Source: Macrostomum hystrix
Lineage: Eukaryota > Animalia > Platyhelminthes
DNA length: 64,000 nt
Reading direction: 5' to 3'
Assembly (NCBI GenBank): GCA_950097015.1
Contig: CATNEN010000024.1
Coordinates: forward strand, 1 to 64,000
The notes below the pieces were generated by a model, which saw only the letters and a program-made list of their open reading frames with translations, did no database searches and was not told the DNA's origin. Made by a program: the position numbers and the translations under genes. Shown piece after piece: positions 11,009 through 24,830 of this stretch (positions within the stretch are counted from its first letter, which is position 1; every line of letters starts with the position of its first letter).

Positions 11009-12666
11009 CTTGGGAATAGTGTCGCACAGATAGTTTGTGAAAGAAAATTCGCTCGATTTTAGAAACAGTTCTAGAGTAATGAGATTCTGTACAATGGCCA
11101 GCATCTTATCTTCATCATCTCCCTGCTCTGCTTCTCAAGCTTATTGTATTTGTAACACAATTTGCCGCACCATTTGTCTCTGTCAATGTGTCCATTTTGC
11201 CATACCGAACCCCATTCTGATTCGCGCTGAAATCCCCTGTCCAATGCGTAGTTGAACTAATGTTGATGACGTCAATTAATTACTGTTTTCCATGCCTGAA
11301 ATTCAAGTGGTCATTGTTGATTGCACTGTGTTTTTAATATATTTATAGATAAGACAGATCGGTAATTGAAATGACACCTAAATGTGCAGCAAATAAGCCA
11401 CTGTTAACCATAGATCTAATTCATATTCTTGAATAGCCTCCTTTCAGTAAATAAGAATATAGGCGTTTATACTTTAAACTACTATAGTCTGCTCTCTACT
11501 GTAAGTAGACTCATTTGCACATGACCTTCGACTTTATGGTTCAAATTTTTACAAAGCCTTCATCCAAAGTGCACCGAATCTCCATTGATCTTAGTAACAA
11601 AGAAGATATTAGTAAAAGTGACAATGTGTCACATTTATGTTGTCTCTAGCCATCTTTGCAATGAAAGCAAGGCCAGAAGAATTTTTTTCGCAGTTTGTTA
11701 TAAACAGTTCTACTAACAAAGGCCCTATTGTCAGTGTTCAATCTGTGTAACAATGCTTTTTTGTTATTTGTTTGTTTTTTCTGTGTTATTTTGTATACAA
11801 AACACCAAAGTGAATGTGTTCACCAATATAAAAAAGCGGTTAAAAATAATATTTCAAAATTTACATATAATTTTATTGATATTGATGCATTCTACAATTT
11901 TGTCCACAAGCTGTTTTGTCGTGAAGAGCAAATTTTGCCGCTTTTTAGATTGAAGTACATCCATAGACAATGGGACAGATTAGAGACAGCATGTGGACTG
12001 CATGGAATAACATGAGCTTCAATTATTCAGAATGAGCAGCAAATTCAAAGTTACTGCTTCTAATCTTTAGCTCCGCTGCTTCTGCCTTAAAAACCACTAA
12101 ATAACACATAGAATAGGCATTGTTCTTAGGTAATAAACATGCTACTGACGATTCGCAAGTAGTCTAATTCGGACATTTCTCAGCGAGCCAGTCACAGCTT
12201 GCTAAATCGATTCGTACAACAACTCTGCATGAAATTTATCTATTTATTTACTTTATTTATTTGCCTGTGTAACCCTTAATGTCAGTTTTCCAAAAGTGCA
12301 ACGTTTGAAAAGTATGTGAAATTTCGAGATGTTACTCAATGGGAAACATTAAACTGAACTTATTCGCATTGTCCTTTTTTTCGTGACGTCTCGCTTAAAG
12401 TCTCGGAGTCACTGCCACCCACCCCAAGCCCCGTCTCTGTGCTTTTGTCTCTCTGTTTTTATCTAATATTGATCTTGTCTTGAAACTAAGAGTAAATAAA
12501 ACATAAAAGAGTGTTTATTGAATAACCTGACACAACTCGGATTCTGTGACGCTACATCGCTTGACAAACAGCAATTGCCGCGTTGCGTTTCAATCTTTGG
12601 TGCTTGAAGTTCTGGAGTCACCAGAGTGTATCACCAGTTACATATAAATATGAGAAATGTAAAAAT

Positions 12667-13005
12667 ATGAGACAGGGGAGAGATGAGACACGGGAGAGAT
12701 GAGACACGGGAGAGATGAGACACGGGAGAGATGAGACACGGGAGAGATGAGACACGGGAGAGATGAGACACGGGAGAGATGAGACACGGGAGAGATGAGA
12801 CACGGGAGAGATGAGACACGGGAGAGATGAGACACGGGAGAGATGAGACACGGGAGAGATGAGACACGGGAGAGATGAGACACGGGAGAGATGAGACACG
12901 GGAGAGATGAGACACGGGAGAGATGAGACACGGGAGAGATGAGACACGGGAGAGATGAGACACGGGAGAGATGAGATACGGGAGAGATGAGACACGGGAG
13001 AGATG
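12667..13005 (-). repeat. 16 bp minisatellite family A (ATCTCTCCCGTGTCTC) in reverse orientation, ~21 copies
   Basis: GAGACACGGGAGAGAT tandem. Confidence 0.98.
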
Positions 13006-13044
13006 AGGCCGAGGAAAGATTAAACAGGATACTATATGTGTCGG

Positions 13045-13117
13045 AAGGGGCAACGGGCCGGATTTGGGAGCTTCGAGGCCCGCATCTGGCCCGCGGGCCG
13101 GAGTTTGCCGACCCCTG
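13045..13117 (-). mobile_element. Orphan hAT/Charlie-like terminal sequence
   Basis: The reverse complement reads CAGGGGTCGGCAAACTCCGGCCCGCGGGCCAGATGCGGGCC, resembling MER58/Charlie-type hAT termini (from memory). No partner TIR was found. Confidence 0.55.
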
Positions 13118-13124
13118 AGTTACA

Positions 13125-13568
13125 GCCTTCCTTCCATCCTTCCATCCTTCCATCGTTCCTTTTTCCATCCTTCCTTCCATTCCATCCTTCCTTCCATCTT
13201 TCCATCCTTCCATCTTTCCATCCTTTTATCTTTCCATCCTTCCATATTTCCATCCTTCCATCTTTCCATCCTTCCATCTTTCCATCCTTCCATCTTTCCA
13301 TCTTTCCATCTTTCCATCCTTCCATCTTTCCATCCTTCCATCTTTCCATCCTTCCATCCTTCCATCCTTCCATCTTTCCATCCTTCCATCTTTCCATCCT
13401 TCCTTCCATTCCATCCTTCCATACTTCCATCCTTCCATCTTTCCATCCTTCAATCTTTCCATCCTTCCATCTTTCCATCCTTCAATCTTTCCATCCTTCC
13501 ATCTTTCCATCCTTCCATCTTTCTATCCTTCCATCTTTCCATCCTTCCATCTTTCCATCCTTCCATCT
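13125..13568. repeat. Pyrimidine-rich ~16 bp repeat (CCATCCTTCCATCTTT), ~27 copies
   Basis: Direct tandem repetition. Confidence 0.97.
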
Positions 13569-14084
13569 TTAATAGAATGTATTTTTCCATTGACACTACT
13601 GTTGCAATTTTCCGAGTAGTGAACTGCGCATTGTCCGAGCTTAGTTGCCAATCCACTTTCATTGGCCAATCGGCTCCAGCCAATCAGAGAAGGGAACCAA
13701 GTAGAAGTCTCGCCCATCTCTCCCCCCTTACCCCCCACCGCCTGTCAGAGTTGAAAGCCAAAAAATAAGAGCGTTCGTTCCGGTTCCTACTCTGCCGCCA
13801 TTGAGCCGATTCTCCTTTTGGCTATTGAAACGCGCCGGCGTGGACAACAATAAGCGCGTAAAACTCCTGCAAAGGGTGAGTAGAATTTACTGCAGTGCTG
13901 AGCTGGGACAACTCAGGGACAAGATTTGACCTTGGGCATACAGTTAGGTTCGGGCTTTATTAAAAAATCTGTTGGCTAATTCATCATGGAACGCCACAGA
14001 ATAGGATTTCAGAATGGAATTCCGGCACTATCAGTACAATATCGGCCAGTCATTCTCTCCATTAACAATCTGTCATCCCAATTC

Positions 14085-15257
14085 CATCTCTTACTCTCAC
14101 CCTGCCTCTCTGTGTTCAATCTCTCACTCTCACCCTGCCTCTCTGTGTTCAATCTCTCACTCTCACCCTGCCTCTCTGTGTTCAATCTCTTACTCTCACC
14201 CTGCCTCTCTGTGTTCAATATCTTACTCTCACCCTGTCTCTCTGTGTTCGATCTCTCACTCTCACCCTGTCTCTCTGTGTTCAATCTCTCACTCTCACCC
14301 TGCCTCTCTGTGTTCAATCTCTTACTCTCACCCTGCCTCTCTGTGTTCAATATCTTACTCTCACCCTGTCTCTCTGTGTTCAATATCTTACTCTCACCCT
14401 GCCTCTCTGTGTTCAATCTCTTACTCTCACCCTGCCTCTCTGTGTTCGATCTCTCACTCTCACCCTGTCTCTCTGTGTTCAATCTCTCACTCTCACCCTG
14501 CCTCTCTGTGTTCAATCTCTCACTCTCACCCTGCCTCTCTGTGTTCAATCTCTCACTCTCACCCTGCCTCTCTGTGTTCAATCTCTCACTCTCACCCTGC
14601 CTCTCTGTGTTCAATCTCTCACTCTCACCCTGCCTCTCTGTGTTCAATCTCTCACTCTCACCCTGCCTCTCTGTGTTAAATCTCTTACTCTCTCCCTGCC
14701 TCTCTGTGTTAAATCTCTTACTCTCTCCCTGCCTCTCTGTGTTAAATCTCTTACTCTCACCCTGCCTCTCTGTGTTCAATCTCTCACTCTCACCCTGCCT
14801 CTCTGTGTTAAATCTCTCACTCTCACCCTGCCTCTCTGTGTTCAATCTCTCACTCTCACCCTGCCTCTCTGTGTTCAATCTCTCACTCTCACCCTGCCTC
14901 TCTGTGTTCAATCTCTCACTCTCACCCTGCCTCTCTGTGTTCAATCTCTCACTCTCACCCTGCCTCTCTGTGTTCAATCTCTTACTCTCACCCTGCCTCT
15001 CTGTGTTCAATCTCTCACTCTCACCCTGCCTCTCTGTGTTCAATCTCTCACTCTCACCCTGCCTCTCTGTGTTCAATCTCTTACTCTCACCCTGCCTCTC
15101 TGTGTTCAATCTCTCACTCTCATCCTGCCTCTCTGTGTTCAATCTCTTACTCTCACCCTGCCTCTCTGTGTTAAATCTCTTACTCTCTCCCTGCCTCTCT
15201 GTGTTCAATCTCTTACTCTCACCCTGCCTCTCTGTGTTCAATCTCTTACTCTCAACC
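14085..15257. repeat. 33 bp minisatellite (CTCTCACCCTGCCTCTCTGTGTTCAATCTCTCA), ~35 copies
   Basis: Direct tandem repetition; source of the 433 and 410 aa repeat ORFs. Confidence 0.98.
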
Positions 15258-16054
15258 TACCTGTATTTTAATTTGATTTCTTTCTAAGCAGCCTAGACTT
15301 ATTATTCCTAATCCCCCTGTCTCAATACCACGCCAATCTCCCATTTTCCCTATCGTTAAAAATTCCTCAAATCAGCAGCATTTTCAACCCAGGCAAAGCC
15401 AATGATGGTCCGCCAGTGCCGGATCTGGCTTGTTTTACAATTTTCAGTTCAGACCAAAATTAATAATTAACGCAGCCTTATCGATTCCATTGATTGGCCT
15501 ATCTGCTGGGCTGCTGGATGAGTCTGTGCTGGATTAGGAAGTAAAGTCTTTTTAGCTCCTCCTCACTCCTTTCCATCCTAAACCCCTTCCCATGGTAATC
15601 GCAGAAATCTCTGGTCGGTTATTGTTCTGGGGACAGGACTCAGGATTCAGTTTTGCTTATTTTGCAGCAGATAAAGAACCATTCCCATCCCCATTGTAAG
15701 AGAAAAGCATATAGAATTTTGAGCACAGTTGAGCACAGTTTGAGAAAAAACCTTTTCAGTGTGTGCCTTGAGATTGAATTTCTATTATTTTTAACAAAAT
15801 CCAAACGACAAAAAGGCAGACATTTGAGGCTAGCAACAAGGCGTTTAAGACACGATTTATACACTAGGACTGGCATAAGACAACAGAGAATAAGGAAAAC
15901 ATGGCCTTCTGATACTAGCAAGCCAGGGACAAAGGACAGCTCATGTTGGGAAGTGGTTTGTGAAAGTACAAATTTGTCCCCCCAACCCCTAGATAATATT
16001 AGACACCCAAGACGGAAAAATATGAAGAAGTCCAGATAGGACGTAGAACAGTAC

Positions 16055-19000
16055 TAATCCCAAATAGAACGGATCCCATCCCAAATAGAATAGTTCCGAT
16101 TCCAAATAGAACAGATCCCATTCCAAATAGAACAGATCCCATTCCAAATAGAGCAGATCCCATCCCAAATAGAACAGTTCCCATAACAAATAGAACAGTT
16201 CCCATAACAAATAGAACAGTTCCCATCCCAAATAGAACAGTTCCGATTCCAAATTGAACAGTTCCCATCCCAAATAGAACAGATCCCATCCCAAATAGAA
16301 CAGATCCCATCCCAAATAGAACAGATCCCATCCCAAATAGAACAGATCCCATCCCAAATAGAACAGTTCCCATAACAAATAGAACAGTTCCCATCCCAAA
16401 TAGAACAGTTCCGATTCCAAATTGAACAGTTCCCATCCCAAATAGAACAGATCCCATTCCAAATAGAACAGATCCCATCCCAAATAGAGCAGATCCCATC
16501 CCAAATAGAACAGATCCGATTCCAAATTGAACAGTTCCCATCCCAAATAGAACAGATCCCATCCCAAATAGAACAGATCCCATCCCAAATAGAGCAGATC
16601 CCATCCCAAATTGAACAGATCCCATCCCAAATAGAACAGATCCCATCCCAAATAGAACAGTTCCCATAACAAATAGAACAGTTCCCATCCCAAAATAGAA
16701 CAGTTCCGATTCCAAATTGAACAGTTCCCATCCCAAATAGAACAGATCCCATTCCAAATAGAACAGATCCCATCCCAAATAGAGCAGATCCCATCCCAAA
16801 TAGAACAGATCCGATTCCAAATTGAACAGTTCCCATCCCAAATAGAACAGATCCCATCCCAAATAGAACAGTTCCCATAACAAATAGAACAGTTCCCATC
16901 CCAAATAGAACAGTTCCGATTCCAAATTGAACAGTTCCCATCCAAATAGAACAGATCCCATTCCAAATAGAACAGATCCCATCCCAAATAGAACAGATCC
17001 CATCCCAAATAGAACAGATCCGATTCCAAATTGAACAGTTCCCATCCCAAATAGAACAGATCCCATTCCAAATAGAACAGATCCCATCCCAAATAGAGCA
17101 GATCCATCCCAAATAGAACAGTTCCGATTCCAAATTGAACAGTTCCCATCCCAAATAGAACAGATCCCATTCCAAATAGAACAGATCCCATCCCAAATAG
17201 AGCAGATCCCATCCCAAATAGAACAGTTCCCATAACAAATAGAACAGTTCCCATCCCAAATAGAACAGTTCCGATTCCAAATTGAACAGTTCCCATCCCA
17301 AATAGAACAGATCCCATCCCAAATAGAACAGATCCATCCCAAATAGAACAGATCCCATCCCAAATAGAACAGATCCATCCCAAATAGAACAGATCCCATC
17401 CCAAATAGAACAGATCCCATCCCAAATAGAACACAGATCCCATCCCAAATAGAACAGATCCCATCCCAAATAGAACAGATCCCATCCCAAATAGAACAGA
17501 TCCCATCCCAAATAGAACGGATCCCATCCCAAATAGAACAGATCCCATCCCAAATAGAACAGATCCCATCCCAAATAGAACAGATCCCATCCCAAATAGA
17601 ACAGTTCCCATCCCAAATAGAATAGTTCCCATCCCAAATAGAACAGTACCAATCCCAAATAGAACAGATCCCATCCCAAATAGAACAGTTCCCATAACAG
17701 ATAGAACAGATCCCATCCCAAATAGAACAGTTCCCATCCCAAATAGAACAGATCCCATCCCAAATAGAACAGATCCCATCCCAAATAGAACAGATCCCAT
17801 CCCAAATTGAACAGATCCCATCCCAAATAGAACAGATCCCATCCCAAATAGAACAGTTCCCATCCCAAATAGAATAGTTCCAATTCCAAATAGAACAGAT
17901 CCCATCCCAAATAGAACAGATCCCATCCCAAATAGAACAGTTCCCATCCCAAATAGAACAGTTCCATCCCAAATAGAACAGATCCCATCCCAAATAGAAC
18001 AGATCCCATCCCAAATAGAACAGATCCCATCCCAAATAGAACAGATCCCATCCCAAATAGAATAGATCCCATCCCAAATAGAACAGATCCCATCCCAAAT
18101 AGAACAGATCCCATCCCAAATAGAACAGATCCCATCCCAAATAGAACAGTTCCCATCCCAAATTGAACAGTTCCCATCCCAAATTGAACAGTTCCCATAA
18201 CAGATAGAACAGATCCCATCCCAAATAGAACAGATCCCATCCCAAATTGAACAGTTCCCATCCCAAATAGAACAGATCCCATCCCAAATAGAACAGATCC
18301 CATCCCAAATAGAACAGATCCCATCCCAAATAGAACAGATCCCATCCCAAATAGAACAGATCCCATCCCAAATAGAACAGATCCCATCCCAAATTGAACA
18401 GTTCCCATCCCAAATAGAACAGATCCCATCCCAAATAGAACAGATCCCATCCCAAATAGAACAGATCCCATCCCAAATTGAACAGTTCCCATCCCAAATA
18501 GAACAGATCCCATCCCAAATAGAACAGATCCCATCCCAAATAGAACAGATCCCATCCCAAATAGAACAGATCCCATCCCAAATAGAATAGTTCCAATTCC
18601 AAATAGAACAGATCCCATCCCAAATAGAACAGATCCCATCCCAAATAGAACAGTTCCCATCCCAAATAGAACAGTTCCCATCCCAAATAGAACAGTTCCC
18701 ATCCCAAATAGAACAGATCCCATCCCAAATAGAAACAGTTCCCATCCCAAATAGAACAGTTCCCATCCCAAATAGAACAGTTCCCATCCCAAATAGAACA
18801 GTTCCCATCCCAAATAGAACAGTTCCCATCCCAAATAGAACAGTTCCCATCCCAAATAGAACAGTTCCCATCCCAAATAGAACAGTTCCCATCCCAAATA
18901 GAACAGATCCCATCCCAAATAGAACAGATCCCATCCCAAATAGAACAGTTCCCATCCCAAATTGAACAGTTCCCATCCCAAATTGAACAGTTCCCATAAC

Positions 19001-22000
19001 AGATAGAACAGATCCCATCCCAAATAGAACAGATCCCATCCCAAATTGAACAGTTCCCATCCCAAATAGAACAGATCCCATCCCAAATAGAACAGATCCC
19101 ATCCCAAATAGAACAGATCCCATCCCAAATTGAACAGATCCCATCCCAAATTGAACAGATCCCATAACAAATAGAACAGTTCCCATCCCAAATAGAACAG
19201 ATCCCATCCCAAATAGAACAGATCCCATCCCAAATAGAACAGTTCCCATCCCAAATAGAACAGATCACATCCCAAATAGAACAGATCCCATCCCAAATAG
19301 AACAGATCCCATCCCAAATAGAACAGATCCCATCCCAAATAGAACAGATCCCATCCCAAATTGAACAGTTCCCATAACAAATAGAACAGATCCCATAACA
19401 AATAGAACAGTTCCCATCCCAAATAGAACAGATCCCATCCCAAATAGAACAGTTCCCATCCCAAATAGAACAGATCCCATCCCAAATAGAACAGATCCCA
19501 TCCCAAATAGAACAGATCCCATCCCAAATAGAACAGATCCCATCCCAAATTGAACAGATCCCATCCCAAATAGAACAGATCCCATCCCAAATAGAACAGA
19601 TCCCATCCCAAATAGAACAGATCCCATCCCAAATTGAACAGTTCCCATCCCAAATAGAACAGATCCCATCCCAAATAGAACAGTTCCCATCCCAAATTGA
19701 ACAGTTCCCATCCCAAATTGAACAGTTCCCATCCCAAATTGAACAGTTCCCATCCCAAATTGAACAGTTCCCATCCCAAATAGAACAGTTCCTATCCCAA
19801 ATAGAATAGTTCCCATTCCAAATAGAACAGATCCCATCCCAAATAGAGCAGATCCCATCCCAAATAGAACAGTTCCCATCCCAAATAGAACAGTTCCCAT
19901 CCCAAATAGAACAGATCACATCCCAAATAGAACGGATCCCATCCCAAATAGAACAGATCCCATCCCAAATAGAGCAGATCCCATCCCAAATAGAACAGAT
20001 CCCATCCCAAATAGAACAGATCCCATCCCAAATAGAATAGTTCCCATCCCAAATAGAACAGATAGAACAGATCCCATCCCAAATAGAACAGATCCCATCC
20101 CAAATAGAACAGTTCCCATCCCAAATAGAACAGATCCCATCCCAAATAGAACAGATCCCATCCCAAATAGAACAGATCCCATCCCAAATAGAACAGATCC
20201 CATCCCAAATAGAACAGATCCCATCCCAAATAGAACAGATCCCATCCCAAATAGAACAGTTCCCATCTCAAATAGAACAGTTCCCATCCCAAATAGAACA
20301 GTTCCCATCCCAAATAGAACAGTTCCCATCCCAAATAGAACAGATCCCATCCCAAATAGAACAGTTCCCATCCCAAATAGAACAGATCCCATCCCAAATA
20401 GAACAGTTCCCATCCCAAATAGAACAGATCCCATCCCAAATAGAACAGTTCCCATCCCAAATAGAACAGTTCCCATCCCAAATAGAACAGATCCCATCCC
20501 AAATAGAACAGATCACATCCCAAATAGAACGGATCCCATCCCAAATAGAACAGATCCCATCCCAAATAGAGCAGATCCCATCCCAAATAGAACAGTTCCC
20601 ATCCCAAATAGAACAGATCCATCCCAAATAGAACAGATCCCATCCCAAATAGAACAGATCCCATCCCAAATAGAACAGATCCCATCCCAAATAGAACAGA
20701 TCCCATCCCAAATAGGACAGTTCCCATTTCAAATAGAACAGTTCCTATTCCAAATAGAACAGTTCCCAATTCAAATAGAACAGATCCCATCCCAAATAGA
20801 ACAGATCCCATCCCAAATAGAACAGTTCCCATTCCAAATAGAACAGATCCCATCCCAAATAGAACAGATCCCATCCCAAATAGAACAGTTCCCATTCCAA
20901 ATAGAACAGATCCCATCCCAAATAGAACAGATCCCATCCCAAATAGAACAGATCCCATCCCAAATAGAACAGTTCCCATCCCAAATAGAACAGTTCCCAT
21001 CCCAAATAGAACAGTTCCCATCCCAAATAGAACAGATCCCATCCCAAATAGAACAGATCCCATCCCAAATAGAACAGATCCCATCCCAAATAGAACAGTT
21101 CCCATTCCAAATAGAACAGATCCCATCCCAAATAGAACAGATCCCATCCCAAATAGAACAGTTCCCATTCCAAATAGAACAGATCCCATCCCAAATAGAA
21201 CAGATCCCATCCCAAATAGAACAGTTCCCATTCCAAATAGAACAGATCCCATCCCAAATAGAACAGATCCCATCCCAAATAGAACAGTTCCCATTCCAAA
21301 TAGAACAGATCCCATCCCAAATAGAACAGTTCCCATCCCAAATAGAACAGATCCCATCCCAAATTGAACAGATCCCATCCCAAATAGAACAGATCCCATC
21401 CCAAATAGAACAGTTCCCATTCCAAATAGAACAGATCCCATCCCAAATAGAACAGATCCCATCCCAAATAGAACAGTTCCCATTCCAAATAGAACAGATC
21501 CCATCCCAAATAGAACAGATCCCATCCCAAATAGAACAGTTCCCATTCCAAATAGAACAGATCCCATCCCAAATAGAACAGATCCCATCCCAAATAGAAC
21601 AGATCCCATCCCAAATAGAACAGTTCCCATCCCAAATAGAACAGTTCCCATCCCAAATAGAACAGTTCCCATCCCAAATAGAACAGATCCCATCCCAAAT
21701 AGAACAGATCCCATCCCAAATAGAACAGATCCCATCCCAAATAGAACAGTTCCCATTCCAAATAGAACAGATCCCATCCCAAATAGAACAGATCCCATCC
21801 CAAATAGAACAGTTTCCCATTCCAAATAGAACAGATCCCATCCCAAATAGAACAGATCCCATCCCAAATAGAACAGTTCCCATTCCAAATAGAACAGATC
21901 CCATCCCAAATAGAACAGATCCCATCCCAAATAGAACAGTTCCCATTCCAAATAGAACAGATCCCATCCCAAATAGAACAGATCCCATCCCAAATAGAAC

Positions 22001-22490
22001 AGTTCCCATCCCAAATAGAACAGTTCCCATCCCAAATAGAACAGTTCCCATCCCAAATAGAACAGTTCCCATCCCAAATAGAACAGTTCCCATCCCAAAT
22101 AGAACAGATCCCATCCCAAATAGAACAGTACCAATCCCAAATAGAACAGATCCCATCCCAAATAGAACAGTTCCCATCCCAAATAGAACAGATCCCATCC
22201 CAAATAGAACAGTTCCCATCCCAAATAGAACAGTTCCCATCCCAAATAGAACAGATCCCATCCCAAATAGAACAGATCACATCCCAAATAGAACAGATCA
22301 CATCCCAAATAGAACAGATCACATCCCAAATAGAACAGATCCCATCCCAAATAGAACAGTTCCCATCCCAAATAGAACAGATCCCATCCCAAATAGAACA
22401 GATCCCATCCCAAATAGAACAGATCCCATCCCAAATAGAACAGATCACATCCCAAATAGAACAGTTCCCATCCCAAATAGAACAGTTTCC
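16055..22490. repeat. 21 bp minisatellite family B (GATCCCATCCCAAATAGAACA), ~305 copies, 6.4 kb
   Basis: Direct tandem repetition with recurrent variants; source of the >1000 aa minus-strand ORFs. Confidence 0.99.
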
Positions 22491-23554
22491 GTCCAAAATT
22501 ACGTAAGAAAATTTCGAAGCCTGGTTGAAACTAAAAAGAAGGGAGCGGCAGAAATGAGGAAGACACCAGAAGAGAAAATCGGGATCAAGGAAGACCCTAG
22601 TTTTGCCGTTCGTCAGTCTCCGCCAACCCCATCACGGTATCGCATTGCCTTCCTTTCCATCCTCTCTCTGTCTCGTCCATCTCGTGGGGATTTCAAAATG
22701 GAAGCGAATGCGGGCTGTGTGGAGTCCCATTGCTGCTGTCTCGGACTCAAAAAGCCGAATATCAAATGGGGGGGGAAGGCTTTGGGTTCGGCTTGATAAG
22801 ATTCCCATCTCACATTCTGTGATCAGACTGACACCGCGGGCCAAGCCCCTATAAAATGACCCAACCCTGCCACTGCTGCTTCTACTGCTGCTGCTGCTGC
22901 TGCTGCTGATTACCGAATGGGGATAGGGTCTAATTCGAATCCCCCCTAATGTCCCATTCTTCCCCTCCCACTCGGCCTGTCGTAATCCTTGGGGTATCGG
23001 CGGACCCGACTAAAAAAGCCAGAAGGATCTAGGCGTGGACAAAAAATGAAACTTCATTGCATCATTTCTGATTCTCCAGCCAAGGTGACCACAATGGGGA
23101 ACGATTTTTCAAGCTAGTCAGAAGCTATCTACTCGTAGAACCATATGGAAGGCTTTTTTATACGATTATTGGGCGCATTAATTTGATCAGATAATCTCCT
23201 GTCTGGAACTGATGTGAATGCAGGATATCAGCACCAGACATGCCAGCCTCATAAAAAAAGGAAATGATGACGGGGGATGGGAGTGAGAGGTCAGCGTCTC
23301 GGTGGTCATGTGATATAATAAGATATTAAATATGCTTATATCAGCATCTTTGTTAATTGAATCTGATAAAGATGGATCACAAAATTATTGGCTGCACGGA
23401 TGCATAGTATCATTTTTAATCGTTAATTTTTATTCGACATTTTCGACCAAAACCCGAAAGTTGCTGTTAAAAGAGTCACGCAAACGATTAGCAGTAATGG
23501 GGCAATAAATTAACAAATAAAAACATTTTGAACTCAAGTACTATGATCCCATAT

Positions 23555-24830
23555 ATACCATCTGAGCAGATCCCAAATATAATCTGAGCAGATCCCAAAT
23601 ATAATCTGAGCAGATCCCGAATATAATCTGAGCAGATCCCAAATATAATCTGAGCAGATCCCAAATACCATCTGAACATATCCAAAGTGCAATCTGAGCA
23701 GATCCCAAATACCATCTGAGCAGATCCCAAATATAATCTGAGCAGATCCCAAATATAATCTGAGCAGATCCCAATATAATCTGAGCAGATCGCAAATATA
23801 ATCTGAGCAGATCCCAAATATAATCTGAGCAGATCCCAAATATAATCTGAGCAGATCGCAAATATAATCTGAGCAGATCCCAAATATAATCTGAGCAGAT
23901 CCCAAATACAATCTGAGCAGATCCCAAATATAATCTGAGCAGATTCCAAATATAATCTGAGCAGATCCCAAATATAATCTGAGCAGATCGCAAATATAAT
24001 CTGAGCAGATCCCAAATATAATCTGAGCAGATCGCAAATATAATCTGAGCAGATCCCAAATATAATCTGAGCAGATCCCAAATATAATCTGAGCAGATCG
24101 CAAATATAATCTGAGCAGATCCCAAATATAATCTGAGCAGATCCCAAATATAATCTGAGCAGATCCCAAATAAAATCTGAGCAGATTCCAAATAAAATCT
24201 GAGCAGATCCCAAATATAATCTGAGCAGATCCCAAATATAATCTGAGCAGATCCCAAATACCATCTGAGCAGATTCCAAATAAAATCTGAGCAGATCCCA
24301 AATATAATCTGAGCAGATCCCAAATATAATCTAAGCAGATCCCAAATATAATCTGAGCAGATCCCAAATATAATCTGAGCAGATTCCAACTAAAATCTGA
24401 GCAGATCCCAAATATAATCTGAGCAGATTCCAAATAAAATTTGAGCAGATCCCAAATGCGATTTGAGCAGATCCCAAATACAATCTGAGCAGATCCCAAA
24501 TACAATCTGAGCAGATCCCAAATACAATCTGAGCAGATCCCAAATACAATCTGAGCAGATCCTAAATACCATCTGAGCAGATCCCAAATACCATCTGAGC
24601 AGATCCCAAATACCATCTGAGCAGATCCCAAATATAATCTGAGCAGATCCCAAATACCATCTGAGCAGATCCCAAATACCATCTGAACATATCCAAAGTG
24701 CAATCTGAGCAGATCCCAAATACCATCTGAACATATCCAAAGTGCAATCTGAGCAGATCCCAAATACCATCTGAACATATCCAAAGTGCAATCTGAGCAG
24801 ATCCCAAATACGATTTGAGCAGATCCCAAA
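23555..24830. repeat. 22 bp minisatellite (ATCTGAGCAGATCCCAAATATA), ~57 copies
   Basis: Direct tandem repetition. Confidence 0.98.

Noticed and set aside
10850-11104. Minus-strand ORF with a long Leu run resembling a TM helix
   Set aside because: It is the antisense of the (CAG)19 poly-Gln in the IQ gene's last exon.
15989-22496. Giant minus-strand ORFs (up to 1306 aa; MGSVLFG / WDLFYLG / ICSIWDG repeats)
   Set aside because: The 21 bp unit simply lacks stops on that strand in all three frames. Frames swap at indels, and occasional variants do create stops, so there is no sign of coding constraint.
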